A stretch of DNA of 64,000 bases. Origin: a virus. Its lineage: Duplodnaviria; Caudoviricetes. The position numbers were made by a program, and so were the translations under genes. The notes below the pieces were generated by a model, which saw nothing but the letters and a program-made list of their open reading frames with translations, was not told the origin of the DNA and ran no database searches. The stretch spans positions 27,633 to 91,632 of IMG/VR virus record IMGVR_UViG_3300003316_000399; one strand, written 5' to 3'. Positions within the stretch are counted from its first letter, which is position 1. Each line of letters opens with the position of its first letter. Shown here piece after piece: positions 9,596 to 20,023 of this stretch.

Positions 9596-10148
9596 ATTTC
9601 TCCTCAAGCCATTCGTTAAAAACTCGATGATCACAAATAACAAACCGTCCCATATCTGTTGCTAACACGAGAGCATCAGCACTTTTTAAAATATCTACAA
9701 GCTTATTCTTCTTCAATAAGTAACTCCGTTTATCAGGATATGAAATCTCATGATAAATCTTTACCGCATCTGTAGCAAATAACTCCCAGGGAAGTATAAA
9801 ATAATAATCACGACTTCCGAGGAATTGAATCACCACCGCGCCAAATTCTGCATTTAATTGCACAGCTTCATCAGTAATCTTACGTATCCATTTAAATGGA
9901 AAAGAAATTCTTGGCACTCCATCAGAAATCTGTGAGCTTATTTTACATTCTACTAAATAAAACCTTCGGTCAAAACCATCGGCTGTAATAGGAACACGCA
10001 CATCTCCTTTATCCACACCTGCTCCAGAATATGGCTGACGGCGTCCGCGCAATAACTTTGCAATATTACGCTCCATGGTCTTTGCACGCGCTCTATTCTG
10101 CGCGTTTCTCATACGAATTGCCTGTTTACGATCTTCCTCAAATGACAT
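9570..10148 (-). CDS. Holliday-junction resolvase-like PD-(D/E)XK nuclease
   Basis: ERNIAK..SGAG..KGDV...VECK pattern typical of phage Hjc-like resolvases. Confidence 0.7.
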   Translation of the reverse strand: MSFEEDRKQAIRMRNAQNRARAKTMERNIAKLLRGRRQPYSGAGVDKGDVRVPITADGFDRRFYLVECKISSQISDGVPRISFPFKWIRKITDEAVQLNAEFGAVVIQFLGSRDYYFILPWELFATDAVKIYHEISYPDKRSYLLKKNKLVDILKSADALVLATDMGRFVICDHRVFNEWLEEKYAYRTLSE

Positions 10149-10159
10149 CCTTCCCCTCC

Positions 10160-10858
10160 TTAAATATTAAATGGTGTATTGTATGTTTCGTGGCCTGAGC
10201 GTCCTCCCCATTTTGCAATATAATACTGTTCTTGTAAACCGTGGTGGCAGTAATTTGCGCGTTGATTCACAACACTGGATTTCTTTAATGTGTTTGATCC
10301 GCCGTTCATATGCTCAATATCAGCACCAAGACCGCTGTCTAACGTTGAAAATCCTGCTAATCTCACGCGATGATACCAATCGTTATCAGCGAAATATTGG
10401 TACAATCTTTGATCCCACGGACCAACAGCACGAACTGCATGCATATTCACACCACATAAAATATCATAAAATGTGAACACAACACCCCAGGATTGCCGGT
10501 CCTCAATATTATGTATGTATTCGACTAATCTCGATGCCGCATTGTTTTTCACAAGACAGTCACTGTGAGCCCACAGGTAAAAATCTAAATGATCCATTTC
10601 TGCATTTTGCTGTAACACATTCATTACACAAGAAAATGGTAATGAAACGTTATAACAAGCTTCCCAGCAATAACTCTGACGCCTGATCCACTCAAGTGTA
10701 AAACTATTAAGATATTCCTTGCGATTCTCTGGACCACCATTATAAACAATCTCAATATTACGCGGATCAATGTCGTCAGCAATGCTATTATAACATTTTA
10801 GAAATGTATCGAAATCATTTGTATACGGTATATATAATCGCCAATTCATTGTACTCAT
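10160..10858 (-). CDS. Glycosyltransferase family 2-like (GT-A fold)
   Basis: IPYTN, HSDC (DXD equivalent), AVGPWDQRLYQYFADNDWYHRVRLAGF, H..GS, Y..KWG. Confidence 0.85.
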   Translation of the reverse strand: MSTMNWRLYIPYTNDFDTFLKCYNSIADDIDPRNIEIVYNGGPENRKEYLNSFTLEWIRRQSYCWEACYNVSLPFSCVMNVLQQNAEMDHLDFYLWAHSDCLVKNNAASRLVEYIHNIEDRQSWGVVFTFYDILCGVNMHAVRAVGPWDQRLYQYFADNDWYHRVRLAGFSTLDSGLGADIEHMNGGSNTLKKSSVVNQRANYCHHGLQEQYYIAKWGGRSGHETYNTPFNI

Positions 10859-11418
10859 CTTATCACATATCTTTCTGGAGTGGTTTCGATTCCATCTGCA
10901 TATTGATACACATATACATTATCTGGTAAAATCTTAGCAAGTATATTAAGCACTGGAGTTACCTCTAACCTTCCTAATCCAACACCAGGAACCGGCATAG
11001 CAAATGTCATAGAAGTATTGTCTGAAGCAAAACTCGCTAAACATTTTGCGCTGTATTCTATCAGTAGCATTGATGAAGACTCTCGCCAATGATATTTGGT
11101 TTGAAACAAGCCAATATAAGATTCGCTTTCTTCAACAGGAAGTGCAAAAAATCCATATTCATATACATCAATAAAATGCGGTTTATAATTTACATGAATA
11201 TAGCTTCCAGCACGTCTTGAAAGCTCTGGATATTTATCAACAGCCTGTTTTGCAGTACCCTTCCCCATAACTAATTCATAATAGCAATTATGACGCGTGC
11301 CACCCCGAGCATCGTTGTGTGTACTGATTATCCTCTCTCGCACCACACCATTTGTCATAACTATAAAACAACTAGCATCACTATTCCAAATATCCCCATA
11401 TGCGTAGTACATCCACAA
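10855..11418 (-). CDS. Macrodomain (ADP-ribose binding/hydrolase) protein
   Basis: GDIW, VMTN, MGKGTAKQ, FQTKYHWR and MPVPGVGLG motifs. Confidence 0.8.
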   Translation of the reverse strand: MWMYYAYGDIWNSDASCFIVMTNGVVRERIISTHNDARGGTRHNCYYELVMGKGTAKQAVDKYPELSRRAGSYIHVNYKPHFIDVYEYGFFALPVEESESYIGLFQTKYHWRESSSMLLIEYSAKCLASFASDNTSMTFAMPVPGVGLGRLEVTPVLNILAKILPDNVYVYQYADGIETTPERYVIR

Positions 11419-11424
11419 TCTCCT

Positions 11425-12594
11425 TTAATAATAACGTAAATAACGCGGCTCATAAATCGCTGGATAATTTCCGAGGGGACCATCACGATTTTTAGAAAAT
11501 CTAAATGTACAATTACGCATCTCATCACGAATATCATTCTGATCCATTTCGATAATCACAAATGTATCAACCACTTGCTCTACTTCTGAAGACCAAAATA
11601 CACCATTCTGATCATTCAGTTGTACCAGCATAATAACTGCTAAATCTAGCTCTTTAGCAGCATCTCTAAGATCACGGCACACATCTGCCCATCCAATACT
11701 TCGATTCTCACCAGAGAAAGCAATGATTTGTAGATAATCAACAAACACCGCCTTAATACCGTATAACTCCTTATGGATATAAATTTGACGCACCATTTCA
11801 TCAACGTTAATACGTGTTCGATCGATGATGTAAATGGGCAGTGTTTGTATATCCGAAATAGCTTCGTTAATTTTCTCTAATTGCTGAGGGGTTACTTTTC
11901 CTGTACGTAAATCCATGTTATTGGTGTCAGTAGAAGCTGCGGCCATGCGTGACACCAAGCGCTCTGCTGGCATTTCGATAGAGAAAATCAATACAGGATG
12001 TTCATTCCGAGCTAATCCAAGCGCACTCTGAATCAAGAATGCTGTTTTCCCTCCGCCTCGTCTTCCACCAATTACAGTTACAGCTTTCCGAGGGTATTCT
12101 TTACCGAAAGGCGTTTCTAAAAAGGGAATACCCGTTCCAATAAATTCATACTGACCGCGTATTTTCCTGTGTAGATCTGCTGCAAAGAGTGAGACGCCAT
12201 TTACAATACTACTATCTTCTTCAACAGTAATTGGATTAATATTAATAATAGAATCAACATCTGCGCGAGTGAATGAGTCTGAATTTGCCAGTTGCGCAGC
12301 CTTTTCTGCAACATCAGCAAGCTGTCTCTTGCGTGCTAAATTGACTAATTTATCCAGTAATGCATTCGCACTCGCCACACCACGAGCTGCCTCTAAAGCA
12401 CCCGGTAATGAACGCTTATAAAAAGATTCTATCCCCTCACTACTCAGTTCTCCATATTTAATATACGCCTCACGCATTGAAATGAATAATTGTCTGCGAT
12501 CACCTGTAAATAAAACCGCGTTTATTTTGAACACGTATCCTGGATGATCTAGGATATATCCGAGCAAGCGATATTCCGCAGCCTCATCATACAT
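11425..12594 (-). CDS. dnaB: DnaB-like replicative helicase
   Basis: Walker A GRRGGGKT, FSIEM, FVDYLQ, VQLN, KNRDGP. Confidence 0.92.
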   Translation of the reverse strand: MYDEAAEYRLLGYILDHPGYVFKINAVLFTGDRRQLFISMREAYIKYGELSSEGIESFYKRSLPGALEAARGVASANALLDKLVNLARKRQLADVAEKAAQLANSDSFTRADVDSIININPITVEEDSSIVNGVSLFAADLHRKIRGQYEFIGTGIPFLETPFGKEYPRKAVTVIGGRRGGGKTAFLIQSALGLARNEHPVLIFSIEMPAERLVSRMAAASTDTNNMDLRTGKVTPQQLEKINEAISDIQTLPIYIIDRTRINVDEMVRQIYIHKELYGIKAVFVDYLQIIAFSGENRSIGWADVCRDLRDAAKELDLAVIMLVQLNDQNGVFWSSEVEQVVDTFVIIEMDQNDIRDEMRNCTFRFSKNRDGPLGNYPAIYEPRYLRYY

Positions 12595-12600
12595 AGTAAT

Positions 12601-13140
12601 TTAATCCTTTAAAAAATCAAACTTCTTTTTCAACATATCAAATGTTTTTATTTTAACATAATCAATATAATCCGACAAGTTATCACTTTTATAAGTACCA
12701 GTTATTGGCTGTTCAACAGATCTATATTCATCAAATTCATGTGTCAGCTTATCTGCCAAAATTATAAGCCAATTTGGCATTAGGACAAAACTATATTTAT
12801 CAGGCCAGTATAATTCAGAAAGCGCATCTCCATATTTATCAGCATAACGTTTTGAGTGATGCAGTGAAAAATTCTTCCAAGTATCTTGTTTATATATTCC
12901 ATTCTCGCACGGATCGAAAAGACGCTGCATAATATATGCACCTAATTCAGGATGTGTTTCTCCTTCAGCGCCGTCCATGTCGCACTTTCCCCAATATCCC
13001 CAATCATGTACAATGATTCCGCACAGCTCTTTAAAAGAGGGCCATCGATTGTATAACTTCTTCCAAGCCATTGTAACAAAAATTGGATGTAGAATAAACT
13101 GATGATAACCAAATAACAAACTTTTAGTCCCTATTCTCAT
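12601..13140 (-). CDS. Putative HD-superfamily protein
   Basis: H..(HP)..IIVHDWG..HPELGA..HHS..PDK spacing. Confidence 0.55.
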   Translation of the reverse strand: MRIGTKSLLFGYHQFILHPIFVTMAWKKLYNRWPSFKELCGIIVHDWGYWGKCDMDGAEGETHPELGAYIMQRLFDPCENGIYKQDTWKNFSLHHSKRYADKYGDALSELYWPDKYSFVLMPNWLIILADKLTHEFDEYRSVEQPITGTYKSDNLSDYIDYVKIKTFDMLKKKFDFLKD

Positions 13141-13418
13141 ACGCTCACCTCTTCGTAATCATTGTCTTCAATGTAATCGAGCCATCTCTCTTCTAAATCG
13201 TTGGATTTATTACGTAAAAAATCTTGAAGTTTTATATTTTTAATATCGTCTGACAATTCTTGATCAATAATTATATTAACTATCTCTTTGTAATCATTCA
13301 AAGAGCTTTCAAAAATATAATGATTATCCTTATACAAAACTTCTCTATCACACAAGTCACAATATTTCTGATACTTATCAAGAAGATCAATTAAATCATT
13401 TGTGATAATGAATTGCAT
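13137..13418 (-). CDS. Hypothetical acidic protein
   Basis: Operon context, ATGA overlap with the next gene. Confidence 0.5.
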   Translation of the reverse strand: MQFIITNDLIDLLDKYQKYCDLCDREVLYKDNHYIFESSLNDYKEIVNIIIDQELSDDIKNIKLQDFLRNKSNDLEERWLDYIEDNDYEEVSV

Positions 13419-13450
13419 TTTTACACTCCGTTGTTAATTTATGAAGTTTT

Positions 13451-13678
13451 CTATATGATAGAATCAAATAACTCTTCGACAATTTGTGAAAGAACTACAC
13501 ACTTCTGCTCAAAATTTTTATCCGTGCAGGCCAAAAGATCTAGTACGCGTCGCTGGGCCTGCCAAATAACAAAATCGAGATGGCTCAACGTGTCCTCATC
13601 GCTGCGATCTCCAGACCAAACTACGCGATTGCAAAATGTATTAAACTGTGCTAGTAAAATTCGCAGTTCCTCATTCAT
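13451..13678 (-). CDS. Hypothetical protein
   Basis: Abuts the primase stop codon. Confidence 0.5.
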   Translation of the reverse strand: MNEELRILLAQFNTFCNRVVWSGDRSDEDTLSHLDFVIWQAQRRVLDLLACTDKNFEQKCVVLSQIVEELFDSII

Positions 13679-14641
13679 TTAAAATTTCCTTATCTGTCGA
13701 TATAGAGATAAATCAATTGAATTATCAATAATACTCTTTAGTCTGTTAAATCCACCCCTGGGATGGAGAATAAAAGCATCGATATCCATTTTGTTTTCAT
13801 CGAAAAGTGGCAACGTGCCAACGCGACTGTTTGTTCCTAATTTTAACCCGAGTTGTATAATTGCACGATCAACACGTGATCGTTGTATAGGATCACGATC
13901 TGAATCAAAAATGATAATAGGCACAATGTGAGAAGGTAATATTAAACCGGGGCGATTTGATTTAATACCTGGCAATGCAACGATGGGTATATCATGTACA
14001 TCGGCAAGTATTGCCTTGATCTCGCCCTCGGTAATAACGATATAACTTTTATCCATTGCTTTATTCAGCCCGCGTGACCAGTTAAACGGATATATTGCAC
14101 CCCTATCCGACGCGCGATTACTTGGGCTTTTATATTTGAACTCCTCAGTACTGAGGAGCGTGCGCGCTCGTAGGTCAACAACAGTGCCATCATTAATATA
14201 TGGAAAAGTAATATGATCTGAAAATTTAGGTTGCCCACTCCATGTGGCGATTCCAGCATCCTTTGCGATTGCCTGTTGATAAATGGGCAATCCTGTGGAT
14301 GGACAATAACCAAGCTTAAAAATATTTATTATATTATCATCCATACCGCGATTGTGTAAATAATCGCGCGAGGTAATATTCAGGTTTTCAACATAATAGT
14401 TTGTAAGTGATGTATATACATCACGTATTCCATTGATATCTAACTCTCTCGATGATTGATAATCCCTCGGCGTATCTCCTAGAAATGCAAATAAACCACA
14501 TTCATAACAGTACGCTTTCATATTATGCTCAGTTACACCGAGATCATTGCCAAAACATTCTGGACACCGACATTTATACCAAGCCCCACCACTCCGTTTT
14601 GTTATATTTGCACGACAATATTCCAGTGTAATTACAGACAT
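13679..14641 (-). CDS. dnaG: DNA primase (zinc finger + TOPRIM)
   Basis: CPEC...CYEC, YLHNRG, LGYCP, ITFP, KYKSP, ITEGEIKA, FDSD, DID. Confidence 0.88.
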   Translation of the reverse strand: MSVITLEYCRANITKRSGGAWYKCRCPECFGNDLGVTEHNMKAYCYECGLFAFLGDTPRDYQSSRELDINGIRDVYTSLTNYYVENLNITSRDYLHNRGMDDNIINIFKLGYCPSTGLPIYQQAIAKDAGIATWSGQPKFSDHITFPYINDGTVVDLRARTLLSTEEFKYKSPSNRASDRGAIYPFNWSRGLNKAMDKSYIVITEGEIKAILADVHDIPIVALPGIKSNRPGLILPSHIVPIIIFDSDRDPIQRSRVDRAIIQLGLKLGTNSRVGTLPLFDENKMDIDAFILHPRGGFNRLKSIIDNSIDLSLYRQIRKF

Positions 14642-14685
14642 ATTTACCTCAGCTTGTACATATAACAAAATAAATTATATAACAA

Positions 14686-15048
14686 TTACGCCGCGTTGTC
14701 AATTTTAGATATAAAATTCATACCCACTATTCTATCAATCATTGCTCTAGTCTCAGCAATATTATCACAGGTTTTCTGTATATGTAATAATAATTCCCCC
14801 TCACTATCCACAATACAAGATTTAGAAAAATGGCTCACATCTTCTGCATCTCTAAATTCAATGGTATATTTAGCTTGATATCTCGGTGTATTGAATATCA
14901 ACAGCTTTCTTATACTCAAAGCTGTTACTCTGAATGTTCTACCCTCAGTGTTTGGTATCTCGTGATTCTCACGATGTAAATCGAATTCACGGCATGGATT
15001 AAAATCTACCATAACCTCCAGCTCGTCTGCAATATCGACTCTCGACAT
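14686..15048 (-). CDS. Hypothetical protein
   Basis: RBS GGAGG. Confidence 0.65.
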   Translation of the reverse strand: MSRVDIADELEVMVDFNPCREFDLHRENHEIPNTEGRTFRVTALSIRKLLIFNTPRYQAKYTIEFRDAEDVSHFSKSCIVDSEGELLLHIQKTCDNIAETRAMIDRIVGMNFISKIDNAA

Positions 15049-15061
15049 TTTGATTCCTCCA

Positions 15062-15108
15062 TAAAAAAAAAAAGAGATGGGAGCACATATTTAAAATATA
15101 TACTCCCA
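15062..15108 (-). terminator. Possible intrinsic terminator
   Basis: TGGGAG..CTCCCA stem with an AT-rich inner stem, followed by a long U-run on the minus strand. Confidence 0.5.
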
Positions 15109-15115
15109 AACCTTT

Positions 15116-15433
15116 TTAGGATTCCAATGCAATCGTTTTGTAAAGAAACTCCTGTTGTAGAGACAACATTTCTGCAGTTACATCTTTTCTGTTCGAGTTA
15201 AATTTCATAGATGTTTTGGCTGTGTCACACATCTCTGCAACTAACTCCTCCCTCGTATCAAACTCCACATTCTTGGAGCGGCAAAATCGTGTCTGGTGTG
15301 AAGCATCTGGGTCATCAAACCAACCAAGAACATAGTCAGCAGTATATTGCTTTTTCTCCCCAGCTTTAATGACAATAGCTTGGACACTAAACACTTTCGC
15401 AGTCTTCTTTTCAGAGTTCATATTTTGACCCAT
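15116..15433 (-). CDS. Hypothetical protein
   Basis: Operon context downstream of the SSB-like gene. Confidence 0.6.
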   Translation of the reverse strand: MGQNMNSEKKTAKVFSVQAIVIKAGEKKQYTADYVLGWFDDPDASHQTRFCRSKNVEFDTREELVAEMCDTAKTSMKFNSNRKDVTAEMLSLQQEFLYKTIALES

Positions 15434-15441
15434 TTTTTCTT

Positions 15442-16173
15442 TTATGTCCAGAGTGGACGAACGGGTTCCCAGTTCAAAGTCTTCATTACCTCTGTATAAT
15501 CCTCACCATCGAGTAACGCCTGTTGCGCATCATGCGGCATTGGACGAATAACGCGTGACATGTTATAACGCGGTAACATTTCTAACTCAGAGGGTAGAGG
15601 GTCCATGTCGTAATCAGGACGTGCTTGGTACTTAGTTGATCTTCCAGTACCATATGAACTGATAAGAACATCGAATCTCTGAATTGGGAGAAAATCACTA
15701 TACGAGCTGTCAGGGAACCGCTTCCGCGTCTTTTCATGAAGAAGCGCAAACTGCTCCATAAGCATTGGACCCTGCTTTAAAATATATGGACGATTTAGAA
15801 CACGAGGAACGCCGCGTACACTAAACTGCCCATCCTGGTTTGGTCTATGAACCACTCCATCAATTTCAATAACTGGAGTTCTGTCAAGAACATTTAATGC
15901 CCACTGCTTAGAACCAAATTTGAAATCAGGGTGATCTTCACCAAGAGATCGCATATACTGGTCGATGGGTCCATCCCATCCCTCAACAACAATAGGGCGA
16001 TCTTCACGAACACCGTTTCCAATATTTACTGGAATCCAATATTGTCTAAATTTATACTCTTCATCATCGCGAATACGAATAGTGGTTTGTGTGCCTGCAA
16101 GCTTTAAAAATGGGCTCTCAAGTGGCCGTGCCTCTGCCTTAACAGGCTTCTTTAAACTATCTCCAAACGCCAT
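15442..16173 (-). CDS. Putative single-stranded DNA-binding protein (gp32-like)
   Basis: FLKL..TIRI, WALNVLDR, GTGRSTKY pattern; heads the replication operon. Confidence 0.6.
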   Translation of the reverse strand: MAFGDSLKKPVKAEARPLESPFLKLAGTQTTIRIRDDEEYKFRQYWIPVNIGNGVREDRPIVVEGWDGPIDQYMRSLGEDHPDFKFGSKQWALNVLDRTPVIEIDGVVHRPNQDGQFSVRGVPRVLNRPYILKQGPMLMEQFALLHEKTRKRFPDSSYSDFLPIQRFDVLISSYGTGRSTKYQARPDYDMDPLPSELEMLPRYNMSRVIRPMPHDAQQALLDGEDYTEVMKTLNWEPVRPLWT

Positions 16174-16238
16174 TTCTTTTCTCTTCTTTATTCAATTTTT
16201 AAATTTTATACATATGACTCTTAACGAATCACAAATAT

Positions 16239-16267
16239 ATTATACAGGATCTCGATATATTTGTCAA
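16239..16267 (-). promoter_or_regulatory. Consensus sigma70 promoter TTGACA-N17-TATAAT
   Basis: Perfect consensus read directly, upstream of the replication block. Confidence 0.9.
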
Positions 16268-16291
16268 TTACCAATTTTCCAATCGGCGGAA

Positions 16292-19200
16292 CTATAACCC
16301 AGATGGTGCAACTGGAAGTATACCAGACGGCGTTACGTCGCGTTCTACAATATCCCAACTACTCCAAACTGTTTCTCCCTCTTGCGTAAAATCTCCGTCA
16401 ACCCAGCCAGATGGATTAGGTACAAATCCCCAGGATAATCCGTCATTTGTTACATAAAATCCATCTATGGAAGAGATGGTTTTCACATACGCGCCAACAT
16501 TTTTTCTGTAACCCCTCCCAGATCTCATATTATACACAATCTTCAATGGATAAATTGCTGGTAGAAATTCCATAGTTAAATTATCAGATTCAGTATTTTT
16601 AAACAGTCCGGCTTCTTCTGGCACAAGTCCTTCTGATGCTAAATACATACCATGTTCAGCAATTTGTATAGAACGCAGGAATCCTAATCCTGTATTCTCT
16701 GGATTCTTTGGCTCCTTTGTATAACTATTGCCTGCTGAGTAATCTCTTCCCTCTGTCCAGAATGGAAGCGTATTTCCAAGACCCTGATTCTCTATGTTAG
16801 GGTTAACCGACATGCTCCGCGCACCGAGGCCGACAAAGGCATTTTCATTTGGACTAAACATTTGTAATGTCTCTAATTTAACATCTCCAAATCTACCGGC
16901 TGCAAATGATCTAGATTCTCCAAGATCTACTCTGTTACGTGGTGTAGTCCATGTATAATTACTCGACCATGATGGCAAAATAAACCATCCGCCATATGTG
17001 TTGGTTCCGGCATTGTCACCCTCTAAAATGTAAATTTTACTACCCTCTCCAAGAAATATATTATGTATTTGACCAACATTGGAATCTTCTGTCGCATCAT
17101 CTGGTAATGGACCAGTTGCTAACAGCCTTGCAGCAAAGAAATCAGTACCAGGAGTACGAACCCATAATGTACCATTTGAGTTTACATCTTCTTTACCACT
17201 CACACCAAACAAATAAATAGTACCATCTTCAGCTATTTCCATACCCATAACGGTTGCAAGTGTGAATATTGGTTCAGACGACGACCAAGGATTAAACGCG
17301 GGAAAATTAAACGCCAGCTCCTGCCATGTTCCTCCTGCGTCAAGCGTCTCATAAATATGTAAATTGGTTGGTGGAAAAGGAATATCATCCAATCTCCTAG
17401 AGCCACTTGTACCGAGAATGACCCAATGATCAGGGCTTTTAGGACGACCGCGAACTATCTGCCATTTAATGTCTGGTAGGGGTGGCGTTTTTTTCAACCA
17501 AGCACCATCTTTATAATGCCAAATACCGTCGCGAGTATTTTCTGCTGAAGCGGTACCAACAATAATTTCAGCCTTTACACGCCTGCCAGGAGTACCATCA
17601 TATCCAACCATATAACCAACTTCACCTGGTAAGCATTCTTTCATCACAATACCGCTTCCCATTAATGGGAAATATTTAACTAAGCCACCATTGGTAGCGA
17701 CATACACAATATCTAACTCGGGATCGCGTATTGCATGATTTGCTACATTATTTGGATATTCTCCCGGCAAGAAACAACTGAATCTTGCGTCACCACCAAC
17801 AACAGGACAAATCCATACACCGCCACGATCGTCAAAAACATATAATTCAGGACGATTGATTGCCATTGTCATAGCAGTAATTGATGATACATCATATAAA
17901 CCACTGGGTGAAGCATTTTGTGAGAAGAATATAGAATCTCCTTCTACGCTTCTTACAACCGCGCCAGATGTGACACCTGTAAAAGATACCCAATGTTTAT
18001 CCTGTCCAGATGTGTAATAACTAGCTATTGATCCCAACGGACCCGCTAAAACTTCGTCCCAAGCTTCACCACTAGTAGTTGACCAGTATACTTTATTACC
18101 AACAAGAATTTCAAAATTACCCGGCAGTGTTGGATTCTCAAGGACGAATGAAACCTCCCCCGGCGCTTCAATCGGTATCCAACTGGAACCTGCGTTCTCA
18201 GTTAAAATTATCTCGTTACCAAGTGCTAACATCACACGTTCAGGAAATCCTTCATTCTGCCAAATAAATTGTATTGTGTTGATTGGATCTGTATATTTTA
18301 TATCAAGAAATGATGTTTGCAAATAATCATTCGATGTATATAATATCCCACCAAACGCGCCACCATTTGCCATTAAACCAATACCACCATCTGTAAAAAT
18401 ACCTGACGGGGGTTCAGGACGAAGCGTATTGTTTGTTGGGCCTATCGGGGGTACCACTGTTGTTGATTCTAATTCAGCAGAATTCCAAGTATATCCAGCA
18501 TCGGGAGAAACATACCAAGAAGTACCCGCTGCAAATGATAGGATACGCGCACCCGCGTATGCAGCACCACTGATAAGCACTTGTTGTGTAATGGTTCCCG
18601 ACGCACCGAGTTCATCAGTGACATATAATGTCACATCCATACCAGATGGTGCTGGGTTAAAGAACATCATTGCTGATTGACCAGACGCGGTTTGTGAATC
18701 GTAGTTATTAGTCCATAAATAACTTGTAACCGGCGCAGAAGAAAATACATTAGACGCGTCTAGAAACAACTCAGCAATTTGTATACCGCTCGTGATTGTT
18801 TCTAATGATACATTATATGTGAATGTAGGAGTAACGGTGCCATAATCAATTCTATCATCCGGCGAAACATCTCCTGGGTATGTTGTTAAGGTCATCTGCA
18901 TTGTATAACCATTTTCAGAGGACATAGAAGTACTAATTTCTTCGATAACATAATAACCATCAGCGACGCTGGAATCTATACTAACTGTTAATGCTGGCAC
19001 TAAGAAAGGATTACCGTCCGCCTCCATAGAAACTGTTTCTTTCAAACGATTTAGATCTGTCAAAACCCGTCTCGCTGTATAACTTGCCATTTCAGGAGTA
19101 TCAATCAGCTCATTAGAAATTAACACACCGCGATATGGCGTGTTCCCAATATATGGTGAAGTTGATCTAGCAACGAACCGAATTCCTGACGCGCCACGTA

Positions 19201-20011
19201 CTTCAACATAATTTCTCAGATCAGTATTAGTTCTTTCTTTTGAAATACTGTGAATATTTCCATCATCCCCATCCTCAAAATATGACCAATATACTTTAGA
19301 ACTCCTATTCCTAGGCCGCTGTGTAAAATGAACTGTTCCACCAGGATCAGCATATACTCTCCAACCAATAAGTTCACATATTTGCTGAATAGCATCATAA
19401 ACATTTGTTAAATGAAATGTTACTGGTGATATATCTCCAATAAAGAAATTAGTTGGATTAACTTGTATCTCTGAACCTTCTCTTAATCCAGTCATTACAA
19501 GCATCCATTGCACCACTGCTTCTGCCTTCACACCTTCATTTGTATAATTTCCATTAGTCTCTGGATGACTTGAATTCAATGCCGCTAGTGAAGAATATTC
19601 ATGTATTGTAAATGTACCACCATCAATATTACTATACGTACTATAGTAATAGGTTTCGGTATTTATGTCAAGGCCAAATTTGATTTCCTGGACAAGATAT
19701 GTATCCATAGCTTTTTTCAGCACATCTCGCGCACGAATTGTTACAACGCGTTCACCAGCATCAGATCCATTTGCATCAATAAATCCAGTGAAAGTTGTGT
19801 TTGTTGATCCATCATATCCCTGGCGCACGACAATTTTGTCCTCTGGATTTATTGATCGCGTATCCATATACGTAACTGTACATTCACTTAAACTATCCTG
19901 TATTGAATGGCTTATTTCGACACTTAATACATTATTTATCTTTTTTCCATTAATTTCAACTACATAGGTAGGAGATTTTTCATAAGCATTAATACTATCT
20001 TTTAGGCTCAT
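16292..20011 (-). CDS. Tail tip/baseplate hub protein with C-terminal PKD/Ig-like and beta-propeller-like regions
   Basis: Second gene after the tape measure; hub-like N-terminus (GYDG..TFTGFID, RARD..K, RNYVEVRG); Asp-box repeats SPDAGYTW, TLDAGGTW, TNDGLSW. Confidence 0.8.
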   Translation of the reverse strand: MSLKDSINAYEKSPTYVVEINGKKINNVLSVEISHSIQDSLSECTVTYMDTRSINPEDKIVVRQGYDGSTNTTFTGFIDANGSDAGERVVTIRARDVLKKAMDTYLVQEIKFGLDINTETYYYSTYSNIDGGTFTIHEYSSLAALNSSHPETNGNYTNEGVKAEAVVQWMLVMTGLREGSEIQVNPTNFFIGDISPVTFHLTNVYDAIQQICELIGWRVYADPGGTVHFTQRPRNRSSKVYWSYFEDGDDGNIHSISKERTNTDLRNYVEVRGASGIRFVARSTSPYIGNTPYRGVLISNELIDTPEMASYTARRVLTDLNRLKETVSMEADGNPFLVPALTVSIDSSVADGYYVIEEISTSMSSENGYTMQMTLTTYPGDVSPDDRIDYGTVTPTFTYNVSLETITSGIQIAELFLDASNVFSSAPVTSYLWTNNYDSQTASGQSAMMFFNPAPSGMDVTLYVTDELGASGTITQQVLISGAAYAGARILSFAAGTSWYVSPDAGYTWNSAELESTTVVPPIGPTNNTLRPEPPSGIFTDGGIGLMANGGAFGGILYTSNDYLQTSFLDIKYTDPINTIQFIWQNEGFPERVMLALGNEIILTENAGSSWIPIEAPGEVSFVLENPTLPGNFEILVGNKVYWSTTSGEAWDEVLAGPLGSIASYYTSGQDKHWVSFTGVTSGAVVRSVEGDSIFFSQNASPSGLYDVSSITAMTMAINRPELYVFDDRGGVWICPVVGGDARFSCFLPGEYPNNVANHAIRDPELDIVYVATNGGLVKYFPLMGSGIVMKECLPGEVGYMVGYDGTPGRRVKAEIIVGTASAENTRDGIWHYKDGAWLKKTPPLPDIKWQIVRGRPKSPDHWVILGTSGSRRLDDIPFPPTNLHIYETLDAGGTWQELAFNFPAFNPWSSSEPIFTLATVMGMEIAEDGTIYLFGVSGKEDVNSNGTLWVRTPGTDFFAARLLATGPLPDDATEDSNVGQIHNIFLGEGSKIYILEGDNAGTNTYGGWFILPSWSSNYTWTTPRNRVDLGESRSFAAGRFGDVKLETLQMFSPNENAFVGLGARSMSVNPNIENQGLGNTLPFWTEGRDYSAGNSYTKEPKNPENTGLGFLRSIQIAEHGMYLASEGLVPEEAGLFKNTESDNLTMEFLPAIYPLKIVYNMRSGRGYRKNVGAYVKTISSIDGFYVTNDGLSWGFVPNPSGWVDGDFTQEGETVWSSWDIVERDVTPSGILPVAPSGL

Positions 20012-20023
20012 AATAAATATCTC

